A stretch of DNA of 64,000 nucleotides from Candidatus Omnitrophota bacterium (GTDB lineage: Bacteria > Omnitrophota > Gorgyraeia > Zapsychrales > JANLHA01). Positions 28,601-38,700 of this stretch are shown piece by piece. The DNA is taken from positions 8,173 through 72,172 of the forward strand of contig JBFMEN010000029.1 of NCBI GenBank assembly GCA_040753435.1, in the 5' to 3' direction. A model generated the notes under the pieces. The model worked only from the letters and a program-made list of their open reading frames with translations, searched no databases and was not told the DNA's origin. The first letter of the stretch is position 1. Each line of letters starts with the position of its first letter. Position numbers and translations under genes: made by a program.

Positions 28601-31448
28601 CATGCGTGTTTTTAAAGACCGTTTTGAGATCGGCAATCCGATGGTGGAAGAGGCCCTCTTTTTGTCCCAGCCGCGATTTTTGCGGTATCTGGATTCTCTC
28701 CTTTACCGGCGGTTTTATTATGATGAAAAGGAAAAAAAGATTGTTGATCCCAGGGTCAAAGATCCGGTCCTCGACGATGCTGTTGCCCGGACCATGGGTT
28801 CGGCCACGGATGCATCAAATTTTGGATGGGCGAAAATTTTACTGGCCCCGCAGGATTTGACCGATGATCAGATCAAGGATATTTTCAACCGGATATGGCC
28901 GGTGTTTCAGGATCTCTATGCCAGGGACTTAAAGACCGAGGTGAATTGGCGGGCCTATCAGCGCAAGATGCGGGAAGAACGTCAGCAGGCGAGACGTCAA
29001 CAGTTCGAGCAGCTGTCGCCGGAAGGACTTCAGGATCTCGAGGATTACTTCAACAGCCTGCCGGAAGAAACCCGGGAGGCGATCCGCCAGGCTGCCGAAA
29101 AGATGCTGCGCGGGCAAATGGAACAGTTCGGAGAGCAGGGGCAGGACAGGGGACAGGAACAGGGCATGGAAGGGATGGAGGGCATGGAAGGCATGCCCAT
29201 GCCCGAAATGGAAGGAAAGACGGGCCGAAAACAACAACCGGGCAAAGGAGGTTCCAGGGGTTCTCAGCAAACACTTCCCTCCGGAGCACGGCCAGGCCAG
29301 GAAATGTCCGAAGGGGAAGGCGGCGGGGAAATTTCACCTGAACAAATGCGCGGCATGATAGAGGATATCGGACGACAGTTAAAAGGTTTGGAACAGCAGA
29401 TCGATGATATTTCAAACGGGTTGAATGCCGCCCGGTCTCAGACGGAAAATCTGGACCGCGGCGCGAAAGATCTTGACCAGTCCCGGGAATTGGAACAACA
29501 GCGTGAGAAGTCCACGGACCTGCACAAAAAAGCAAAAGATTTACAGGACGATGTTCAGGGGATTTTGAATCAGGGCCGCCGGGTGGAAGAGAGAAGCCGT
29601 CATCAGGAAGACATGTCCCGGGGAATGCAAAACGGCCTGCCTTCTCCGGAAGAAGGAGAAGGAGTTGCCGAGGATTCCAGGGACCTTTCGGGGAAGGCGC
29701 AGGAACTGCTCGATAAATTATCCGGACTTCAGCAAAAGGCTAATCAGCTGGAGAGAAGCACGGGAAATCTTGAGCAAAAATATGGAGAGCATCATCCAGA
29801 TGATTCCCAGGTGGCAAGCCAGTTGCGTGATGTCGAGCGTTCTATCAAGGAAATGAAAGATCAGATTGACCAAGGCCGAGGGGCCGAACGGTCCATGCTT
29901 CGGCAATTGCATGAACTGGAACAGGGAATAGAGAAGCTGGAGAGATCTTTGGATGCGGCCCGTCAATCAGCAGCGGCGGGCAAACAACCGGTTTCAGGAC
30001 AGGAAGACAAGGGAGTCAAGGGCGCCCCAAAATCTTTGGCCTCACAAGCTCCCGCCAATTCCGGAACGAATCAACAATCATCAAGCGAGCCGATTTCCGC
30101 ATCCTCATCTCAGCCGCAGTCTTCAGGTGCCACGGCTTTAAAAGATAACGATCAATCGAAAGAACCGCAAAGCAGTCAATCTTCCGGGACGCTGCATAAG
30201 ACACCGGATACCCTTGATATGCCCAACGCGGAAAGTCTGGAGGAAATGCTTCGGGAATCTCCGGCGGAACGGGCCGACCGTCCCCGACCGAAAAGAAAAG
30301 TGCCTGATCTTAAGGCGGCCCGCCAGTATGAAGAGGATTTGCTTCAGAAAAAAACAGGACTTAACGCGAATCAGCGCGCCGAGCTGGAAACGTATTACAA
30401 CAAAAGAGTCAGATATAAGGGAAGGGAGATGACAGTCCGGCAGCTTGTTAACGACATGACAGAGCGGCTCAAGATATTGACGCTGCCAGTCGAGGATGTC
30501 GGCTTTCAGGGCAACCTGGAGCACGGACCTGTTTTTGATCCGGTCAAGGCTGTCATCGGGCATGACGCTCCTTATGGACAATGGCGGCCCAAGGAACCTT
30601 TGTCGGTTAAGATTACATTTCTTCTTGATAACAGCGTCAGTATGGATTTGGAGTTGGAAGGTGGCGTTAAGCGGATCGATGTCGTCAGACTGACCACGTT
30701 CATTTTATTGAACGCCCTGCTCAATCATAATGAGGAGCGAGCCCGGCTGGGGTATGATCCGATCGAATTTGAGATTGCCTTGTTCGAGGATTCCGAGGCA
30801 AAGCCTCTTGTGTCGCATGAGACAGTCCGGGAGAAAAATTTCCGCAAAGATCGTTTGTTGTATGAAACATGGAACGGGCTCAACGCCGCCGGGCCGGCAA
30901 CGTATTACGCGCAGAATTTGAAAAAATTTACGGCGAGACTCGCCGGCGCTCTGGATAAAGGGTTTGAAAAAAGCACCAGAATTTTAGTGAGTGTCAGTGA
31001 TGAAGATGTGGATGAAGCGCAAAAACAAGACATCCTGGAGACCTATGCTCAGGCGGAAGCGGCAGGACTGCATTTGTTTGTCGCTCCTGTTGGTAACCAA
31101 AAGCTTCTCCGGGACACGATGGATCTCCATCGGGATCATAAAGAACGCGTGATCCGCCCGTTCCCTGTTCCTGAATTTCCCGCCAACGTCATGGACGCTT
31201 TGATGGAGACAATTCCTTCGTTCGAGGCAATGGCCGGCAGGGACGGCGCCATGTTGACGGAAGAACCCAAAGCCATAGAAGGATACAAGCATTTCTTTAC
31301 CCAGAAAATCAACGGACGAGAGTATCTTGTGTTTCACGGGGAGATACCCGCCGTTATTGGGAGCGTGGACATGGAAGGCCTGGATTTGTGCCGGACAAAA
31401 GAGTTCCCGACATCTCTCCGAATGAAGACAAGATCGTCAGGATTTTAG
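25677..31448 (+). CDS. Giant protein part 1: signal peptide, conserved N-terminal domain, HExxH domain, coiled coil and low-complexity linker, vWA domain
   Basis: SD AGGA before ATG 25677; MIRR + hydrophobic helix + GIA/Q; LWVNLSP..DRII..LLAQDY.LKQLT..YFSGG block; HELTH at 27660-27674; MIDAS DNSVS at 30627-30641. Confidence 0.85.
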   Translation: MIRRITASIILAVFILTIPAQMGIAQVFTPVPMPTQTVGISNTFFPPLMVGIQVDPQNPLKFDFFMSKGQEKLEENIKKQEYLKILRYFLASMTIPEDHLWVNLSPTEKDRIIADDFSRTQMGMDLLAQDYFLKQLTSSLMNPDDESGKKFWKKIKKEAKKRYGITEIQTSVLNRVWVLPEKAIVYEQEKSAWVIYCRLKVMLEEDFLSSPDPQFPGSAAKDLTGAPGHGGTGELEKQVMREVIIPELEREVNEGKNFAVLRQIVNAMVMAEWYKRSLKESILGKAYVNQSKVSGIDTEDFKRKQQIYDAYLKSFQQGVYDFIYEDIDEETGAISPQHYFSGGYQPDLKKAVSVVDDPGEIPLQYRVPSEQYIKKVTQSGIDRVTGGAQLVSSPEQQSTPAKSPSGENLSTKGKDIPSDKEAAEKGSTGKQGGGLDHAMLADFKPSKDYSRLEFPELAEDFFQLMQKFVESLDEEEWGQAKQVYVDLKTMTGFLSGKAKAQSFEDFRKTTGAILDRTEIFLQLFGGRQVNTEQGSAVSVDMNVLQKEMVQIGQKKFSEQTRKLIDQIIEEVVSELFDDEAEKRKWREKLTRDIVMMNFENMIPEKVIGDIAAHKDYLISTVLEMTKGLGQAEGFFDPYASSRKVFLKDFDGNEALFRGVVEHELTHYGIFRIPEQWENISFAVSLLAAISFAEKQGQAIDVYFKEFSDPHVFTPALVKALFEKGRVMGQGGETGFIVSPGVSDRNAGYFSTEYLLSLTREVFEETGARTDLLHDDYQKQRAAGMMIAGMLLGMNDKDAAKKPLRLLKDFFDVLYERYGDPTEASPQTGSGVKKLIQDLEKYLSSSAGMIVKLKPVASGSWNFRTTGQFSAEVDFVISDLFPRFYDGKDKNDAEGQMEAARERAFGQAFLALSKTKNGMRHLMHGLDPSIQNEPASIHLWDTLLLSKSAKIGVDVNAQKLRTGSIEEQFTGSGRWIMRVFKDRFEIGNPMVEEALFLSQPRFLRYLDSLLYRRFYYDEKEKKIVDPRVKDPVLDDAVARTMGSATDASNFGWAKILLAPQDLTDDQIKDIFNRIWPVFQDLYARDLKTEVNWRAYQRKMREERQQARRQQFEQLSPEGLQDLEDYFNSLPEETREAIRQAAEKMLRGQMEQFGEQGQDRGQEQGMEGMEGMEGMPMPEMEGKTGRKQQPGKGGSRGSQQTLPSGARPGQEMSEGEGGGEISPEQMRGMIEDIGRQLKGLEQQIDDISNGLNAARSQTENLDRGAKDLDQSRELEQQREKSTDLHKKAKDLQDDVQGILNQGRRVEERSRHQEDMSRGMQNGLPSPEEGEGVAEDSRDLSGKAQELLDKLSGLQQKANQLERSTGNLEQKYGEHHPDDSQVASQLRDVERSIKEMKDQIDQGRGAERSMLRQLHELEQGIEKLERSLDAARQSAAAGKQPVSGQEDKGVKGAPKSLASQAPANSGTNQQSSSEPISASSSQPQSSGATALKDNDQSKEPQSSQSSGTLHKTPDTLDMPNAESLEEMLRESPAERADRPRPKRKVPDLKAARQYEEDLLQKKTGLNANQRAELETYYNKRVRYKGREMTVRQLVNDMTERLKILTLPVEDVGFQGNLEHGPVFDPVKAVIGHDAPYGQWRPKEPLSVKITFLLDNSVSMDLELEGGVKRIDVVRLTTFILLNALLNHNEERARLGYDPIEFEIALFEDSEAKPLVSHETVREKNFRKDRLLYETWNGLNAAGPATYYAQNLKKFTARLAGALDKGFEKSTRILVSVSDEDVDEAQKQDILETYAQAEAAGLHLFVAPVGNQKLLRDTMDLHRDHKERVIRPFPVPEFPANVMDALMETIPSFEAMAGRDGAMLTEEPKAIEGYKHFFTQKINGREYLVFHGEIPAVIGSVDMEGLDLCRTKEFPTSLRMKTRSSGF
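26301..26380. repeat. 4+4 octamer hairpin inside the giant gene, in frame
   Basis: GTTCCCCG GATCCCCA GTTCCCTG GTTCCGCA - loop - CCGGGGCG CCGGGGCA CGGGGGCA CTGGGGAAC. Confidence 0.7.
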
Positions 31449-32788
31449 ACACTTTTTACCCTCTCGCAAAAAATTACACCTCATATTCAAACGATGGGAA
31501 GTATCTGATCCGTAAAGTTCAGGATGGTCTGATCGAGGTCCTGGAAAGCGATCAGGATGTGTTATTTAACATTGCAAACAGTAATATGGGACCGGCGATG
31601 CGTTTGGGTGCAATAAAGAAGATGAAAGAGTTGATTAAAAACGGAAAGAACGTTAAGAAATGGACAAGGATGCTGGAAGAAGTTATCCAGAGGGAAGCAG
31701 ATTTAGAAGTTTTTATCGCATTGGGAGAAGCGCTTGGAGCGGGGTATAAGGCGGGAGCTCCGGTGGGAATAACGGAGGAATGGTTTATAGCGAAATTACA
31801 TGTCGGAAAAGGGAGTATTCGTTCAGGCATGGTAAAGATGATTCAGGGAGTGATTGAAAGCGAGAAGGGCGGTGAAAAGTGGGTCAGGATGCTGGAAGAA
31901 ATGATCCATAGGGAAACAGATCCGGAAGTTTTTATCGCATTGGGAGAAGCGCTTGGAGCGGGGTATAAGGCGGGAGCTCCTGTGGGATTAACGGAAGCAG
32001 TGATTAAAGCAAATTTGAACACCGGAAACGGCATTGAGAATTGGGGAGTTCGTTTAGCTGCCGTGAAGATGATCCAGGGGTTGATTGAAGGCAGGATTGC
32101 TGTTGCGAAGTGGGTGAGAATATTGGAAGAACGTTTCAAGGTTGAAACAGAGAGGGATGTTCTAGGCGCGGTGGTCGAAGCGCTGGCAGCGGGGTATAAG
32201 GCGGGAGCTCCTGTGGGATTAACGGAAGCAGTGATTAAAGCAAATTTGAACACCGGAACCGGCGTTGAGAATTGGGGAGTTCGTTTAGCTGTCGTGAAGA
32301 TGATCCAGGGGTTGATTGAAAGCAGGATTGCTGTTGCGAAGTGGGTGAGAATATTGGAAGAACGTTTCAAGGTTGAAACAGAGAGGGATGTTCTAGGCGC
32401 GGTGGTCGAAGCGCTGGCAGCGGGGTATAAGGAGGGGGCCTCTGTGGGATTAATAGACGCAGGGATTAAAGAAAGATTAAACACCGGAAATGGCATCGAG
32501 AGCCGGAGAGTTCGTTTGGCTGCTGCGAAGGTAGCCCAGAGATTGATTGAAAGGGAGAAGCGCGATGAAGGATGGGTGGGGTTGATTGAAAGCAGGATTG
32601 CTGTTGCGAAGTGGGTGAGAATATTGGAAGAACGCTTCAAGGTTGAAACAGATCCGGAAGTTTTGATCGCATTGGCAGAAGCGCTGGCAGCGGGGTATAA
32701 GGCGGGAGCTCCTGTGGGATTAACGGAAGCAGTGATTAAAACAAATTTGAACACCGGAAACGGCGTTGAGAATTGGGGAGTTCGTTAG
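31388..32788 (+). CDS. Giant protein part 2: ~77-aa HEAT-like helical repeats
   Basis: Near-identical 231-nt tandem units (31958 vs 32189); ends at a 1-nt deletion relative to sibling repeats. Confidence 0.75.
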   Translation: MPDKRVPDISPNEDKIVRILDTFYPLAKNYTSYSNDGKYLIRKVQDGLIEVLESDQDVLFNIANSNMGPAMRLGAIKKMKELIKNGKNVKKWTRMLEEVIQREADLEVFIALGEALGAGYKAGAPVGITEEWFIAKLHVGKGSIRSGMVKMIQGVIESEKGGEKWVRMLEEMIHRETDPEVFIALGEALGAGYKAGAPVGLTEAVIKANLNTGNGIENWGVRLAAVKMIQGLIEGRIAVAKWVRILEERFKVETERDVLGAVVEALAAGYKAGAPVGLTEAVIKANLNTGTGVENWGVRLAVVKMIQGLIESRIAVAKWVRILEERFKVETERDVLGAVVEALAAGYKEGASVGLIDAGIKERLNTGNGIESRRVRLAAAKVAQRLIEREKRDEGWVGLIESRIAVAKWVRILEERFKVETDPEVLIALAEALAAGYKAGAPVGLTEAVIKTNLNTGNGVENWGVR

Positions 32789-35700
32789 CTGCCGTGAAGA
32801 TGATCCAGGGGTTGATTGAAAGCAAAATTGATGTTGCGAAGTGGGTGAGAATGTGGGTGAGAATATTGGAAGAACGTTTCAAGGTTGAAACAGAGAGGGA
32901 TGTTCTAGGCGCGGTGGTCGAAGCGCTGGCAGCGGGGTATAAGGCGGGAGCTCCTGTGGGAATAACAGACGCAGGGATTGAAGAAAGATTGAACACCGAG
33001 AATTGGGGCGGTCGTTTGGCTGCCGTGAAGATGATTCAGGGGTTTATTGAACGCAGGATTGCTGTTGCGAAGTGGGTGAGAATATTGGAAGAACGTTTCA
33101 AGGTTGAAACAGATCCAGAAGTTTTGATCGCATGGGGCGAAGCGTTGGCGGCTGGGTATGGGGAGGGAGCCCCTGTGGGATTAACAGACGCAGTGAGTTC
33201 AGGGGAATGGCGCTCGTTGCGGGAATTCGGAAAATCTTCTGAAACAAAAGAGATCAACGGGGACAACGGCGAACGAATATTTGAAAATGCCCAGGGTCTG
33301 AGGTGGAAGATTAATGAAGAGGGAAATTTTCAGATCAGCCAGAATAATGGACAATTTATTCCGCTTAAGCAAAATCTCGAAGGGAACGGGCCACGGGATC
33401 TTTACGAAATAGACGCTTCAAGAATCCTTGCCTTTGATCAGATATCCGAGACAGTGAATGTTTTGGTAAAGGAAAATGATGCCTGGCGGGTCGAGCATGA
33501 GTTGATGATGGAAGAGGAGGATCGCGCGAATTCATGGGACGGGGTCATGCTGCGGCTGATCGGCGAGACCGGACTCGGAAAAGACGAGATTACTCTTGCC
33601 GCGGCGAACCTGATCGGTGAAGAGGTTTATGTGGCGGTCGGTAATTCAGATATGGATGTGGAAGATCTCGTTACAGGGTTTCAAAGTCTTGGCGGCCAGG
33701 AGAAAGGGACGTCGGGCGTTGAGCCGTCGGGCTTGAATAAAGTGATGCATAACGGCGGCTGGTATATTATCCGGGAAGCGCACAAACTTCGCCCCGGGGT
33801 TTTCAACGCGCTCAAGTCGCATGTTTCCGCCAAAGACCACAAGTGGCCGGTTATGCGTGACGGGATTGAGCGTTTTGAGACTATTCAGAACAATCCGCGA
33901 GCGCGGGTCGTTTTATCGGTGAACCGTATTCGTAAAGGCATCACCGGCGCGAGCACCGAGACCAACGGCCCGATGCAGGACAGGGAGCGGGATCTGGAAT
34001 TTTACTGGCTTGAACCCGATGATGAAGTGGACTTGCAGGTCGAATATGCCCTGGCCATGGCCCGGGAGAAGGGCCTTCACAGTGATGATTGGGAAACGTT
34101 TGAGGATCAGGTCAGGAAAGATGCCAGAGAGCTTGTGGATATCGCGGCTCAATTGCGGCTGACATTTGCCGGATATAACGCAGAACAGCAGGCCGAGATT
34201 CTGAGAGACTGGAATTTAATCGATTCCAAAAATCTTGTCCAAAAGATGGTAAAAGACTCCCGCATTAAACAATTGTTTGAAAGCGGCCCCGCCTTTGAAA
34301 CCGGGGAAATGCTCAAGCGCCCGCCGTCACCCCGTGTGGTCAAAAATATTTTGCAGCATTTGATCCTTTTCCCCAAAGACCGCCGCTACCGGTCTTTTGA
34401 AATCGTTAAAAAATATTACAACTTTCACGCGGAGATTTCCGGCGAGCTTGAAGAAGCGGCCATTGAAAAATTTACCGAGTGGGAAAGCAAAAGGCCCGAC
34501 AGTCATCCTGTAAAACTAACGGAAAAGTCATTTATTGTTGATGGACAGGATCTTATTATCCGCCCTGAACCGGAGGCGGATGGAACAACGTATTGGGATG
34601 AGGTGCGTGTGCCCCTGCATTCAAAAGCGTCTATCCGGACACGGGGAGTTCCCGGAGAAGTTTTGGACTGGATCAAAAGCGGAGCCAACGCACAAAATCT
34701 TTACTCCTATCTCCAGGGACGCGCCTTGGGCAAACACTGGATCTTCGTTGGAAAACCCGGCGCAGGAAAATCCACCATGATTGCCGCGATTCAAAAATTA
34801 TTGAACGCGCCCGGGAGCATGAAGCTTGAGATCACGGAAGAAACCCGAAAAGATCACCTGACGTATTCTCGTAACATTAAAGAGTTTGAAACCCGTTTTA
34901 CAAAAGAAGTCCTTCCGTCGGCCATGGAGGACGAATACGGGGAAGGACAGATCCTCAATTTAACCGAGAGCACGCAGGGCCGTCCCTCGATGCTGTCTTT
35001 GCTGAACGAGGTTTCCGAACGGAACGAACTCCCGGATCCGAATTCCAAAACGCAGGTGAAGAAGGCGAAGAGAGGTTTCGGCACGATTCATGATATTAAT
35101 CCCCCGGGCACAGCCGACCGGCTGAAGGCCTTTCCCGATGATTTTATCGAGCGGCACATGATTATGTGGTTTGATACGCCCCCTTCTGACCAGGTGACGA
35201 TGTATCTGGAAGAAGCAGGCCAGGGCAGGACGTTTCCCGAAGATATAAAATTTCAGGTCCATCCTTCTTTGATCGGGCAGCCGCGACAGGACGCGAACGG
35301 GAACAGCGAGAAATATGACGACGGGGAAATCAAATATACCGGTATCGTAGGTATAGGGCAGGAGATCAATCGCAAATTGATGGAAGATCCTTATTTTTTC
35401 CCGAAAGACAGAGAGATAAGCTACCGCAATCTCCAGGCCTTTGTCAAGGCGATCGTTGCCTATTATGAGCGCGATATCAGCATGGGCAACACCCCGCAGG
35501 ATGTTATTTTGAATCTTTTTATGGAAACGTTCACGCTTGAAGGCAAGCCGGGGAAAATGCTCGAATGGCGGACAAACATTTTAAAAGTATTTCAGGATTT
35601 GGGCTTGTATGATCCCCAGGCCGGCCAGGATGACGGCAGCGGCGGTATTGTTCCCGACGCGATTGAGAAATTCCTGAACAAGGAAGGAGTGCTCGTCCAG

Positions 35701-38700
35701 AATCTTCCGGTTTTAAAAGAACCGGATTCGGGATATCTGAACATTGACCGGATATTAAGGTTTTTGCAAACAAATACGGTTGGGCTGGGGATTCGAAGAA
35801 ATCTGGATGAGTTATCCAGTGAGGCCGGAAAGCTTTTGAGCGCAGAGACGAAAGAGTCTCTTTCGAAATGGAACGCGTTACCGGTGTCCGAAAAAGCCCG
35901 CCGCCTTCGCGCGATCCGTGAGATTTATGATGTGTTGGGGCTGATTAAAGAAAACCGGTTTGATTCAAAACAGGGCCCGGCCTATCAGTCAGAGGAGCAG
36001 GTCCGCCTGGGGGCGATTATCGAGCAGATTGTTTCAGTTATCGTTGTTCAATGGAACTGGCCCCAGGAGATTTTCACCCGCGCCGATTTAACAGAGACGG
36101 CCAAAATGTCATTAACGGAAATCCTTGACCGGCAAAGAGACAGGTTCCCGGAGATTTCAAACGCGATTTACAAAGTTATGTTGTCCGACGGGAAAAAGGA
36201 ATATCTTGATGAGCTTGAGAAAGAAATCGCGAAGAAGGGAAAGGATGTCAGCGCGCTTAAGGAAATTGTAAATATTTTAAAGCAGACAAGGGCCCTGTTT
36301 TTTCAAAATTTGATCAAATCATTGAATCAAAAAATCCGGGAAGAAGAGTTGGCGGTCAGCAATCGTCAACCGGACGCTCCTGATCAGGGAAATTGGACGC
36401 GAGCCCAGGTTGAAGAAGATCTGGCGCGTGTGAATCAGTCTCTTGCCGGAATCGAAAAAGAGCGCGGGTCGTTAATAAATAATGAGGTAAAGAATATTTC
36501 TCTGCGAGAGGGGAGAGACAAACTGTTGCAGAGAATTTCATTGAGAAAAGAAGCGCTTTTGTCGGATGTGCAAAAGCAGGACGGCAATGATTTTGATTGG
36601 GAGATTCGTTTGCGGGCAGTCAGGATCATTCAGAGTTTGGTGGAAGCGGGAGATGATAGTTGGGACATGCTCCTGGAAGAAAGGATTATGAGGGAAGATG
36701 ATTTTGATGTGTTGGAAGCGCTGGGGGAAGCCTTGGGAGCGGCTTATCGCGCGGGCGCCGATGTTGGGCTGGATGAGGAGAATATTCACTTGGGGCTTGA
36801 GGCGCAAGAAGATGAGATTCGTTTTGGAGCGGTCATGATGATCCGGGCGTTGATTGAAGGGGGAAATGATATTGAAAAATGGGTCAGACTTCTGGAAAAG
36901 GCGATTGAGAAGGAAGAGGAGTTTGCTGTATTAAGGGCAATGGGAGATGTTCTCGGTATGGGATATCAAGCGGGGGTTTCATCCGGTTTGAATAAAACGA
37001 CGGTTCGCAGACAATTGAATTCCGACAAAGGAAGCGAGAGTCGCGCTATCCAAAAGATTCGGGCGTTGATCAAAGGAGGAGATGCTGCGACAAGACAGCG
37101 ATGGGTTCGCATCTTGGAGAAGAGAATTTTGATTGAAGAAGAGCCGTCTCTTGTTAAAGGGCTGGGAGAGGTATTGGGGATAGCATATAAAGAAGGAGTT
37201 CGCTGTGGACTGGATAAAGCTAAAATTCAAAGCATGATTCAAACTCCGGGTGGTTCCCCGAATTCGGATTTCAGACTCGGCGCGCTTCAAATGATCCGAG
37301 GGTTGATTGAAAAAGGGATGGATGTTGGACACTGGGTGGAGGTTTTAGAAAAGGCGATTTCGGTTGAAATGGATCAGAAACTGTTGGACCTGATGGGAGA
37401 TGCCTTGGCGGTCGGATATCAGGCCGGGGCCCCGGTTGGTTTGGATGAAAATTTCATCAAGGCCGGTCTTGAAGTAAGGGGGATTGACCATTGGGAGGGA
37501 CACCGTTTAGGTGCGGTCAAGAGCATCCGGGCGTTGATTCAGGGAGGGCATGATGTTGAAAAATGGTCGAACGTCCTGGCAGAGCGAAGGGCGAAAGAAG
37601 ATAGTCCGATTGTTGTTCCGGCGATTCAAGAGGCAATGGAAATGGGGGTTGCTTATGAAAAAATCCGGAGGGGAGATTGGGAGAGCCTTGCGGAATGGAG
37701 TTCTCTGACAGATCTTTCGTCCGCATATGAGGCGTTAAGGGCAATCAACGCGATGAGCGCGAGAAAACAAAATTCTTTTTCTTCGGAATGGAAGGACCTG
37801 TTGATCCAAAAGATACGGGCGAGAGAATCCGAGTTGACCTTAAACTCCTCTCAAGAGGATTGGAAAATGCTTGTCGTCACTGTCAGAATTATTCAGCGGT
37901 TGATTGAATCGGGGGATGATGCTGAAAAATGGGTCGGTTTTTTGGAGGATGAAATTCGGGATGAAGTACGGCCGGATGTTTTAATGGCCTTTGGAGAAGC
38001 CCTGGGGGCTGTTTACCGGAAAGGAGCTCCGTTCGGATTACGTGAAGGAATGATTCGCGTGATGCTCAATGATGATGCATATTGGAAGACACGAGCCGGA
38101 GCAGCCAGGATGATTCAAGGGTTAATTGAGAGCGGGCAGACACCCAAAAAATGGGTTTCTGTTTTAAAACGGAGACTGAAGAGCGAAAGCGATGTGGATG
38201 TTTTACATCTTATTGGAAAAGCATTGGCAGCCGCTTACAGGAGAGGGCTTCTTGCTGGCGGAGATGAAACCAGAATAAAGAGGGATGTTGAAGGAATAAA
38301 CGCGGATTGGGATAAAGGCTTTATCGCTTTAAATGTAATTAAAAGTTTGATCGAGGATGGTCAGGAAGTTGAGAAATGGGTCAGGTTTCTGGAATCGAAA
38401 ATTAAAACCGAACAAGATGACAGTATTTTAAGGGTGATGATCGAGGCGTTGGGAGCTGGGTACAGGTTCGGAATACCTGTCGAACTGGATGTGGATACGA
38501 TCAAGGAGATCCTCTCTTTCAAAGAAGATGTTATAGATTGGGAAATTCGTTTTGCTGCGGACGGGCTCGTTTTGGAATTGATTAAACGCAGACACTTGCC
38601 TGGGACGTTGGTTAATCTTTTGGAACAACAGATGCTGGTGGAAACGCATTCCCGTGTTTTGCCCGCTTTAAGCGAGGCCCTGGAAGCGGGATACCGGGCC

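Noticed and set aside
31388-31448. Programmed -1 ribosomal frameshift joining giant parts 1 and 2
   Set aside because: No X-XXY-YYZ slippery heptamer or clear stimulatory hairpin; only a weak A-AAA; the second break is an evident 1-nt deletion
31843-32754. 303-aa minus-strand ORF and other antisense ORFs across the giant gene (e.g. 40755-41567)
   Set aside because: Shadow frames of the repetitive plus-strand coding sequence; they mirror its repeats and have no independent motifs
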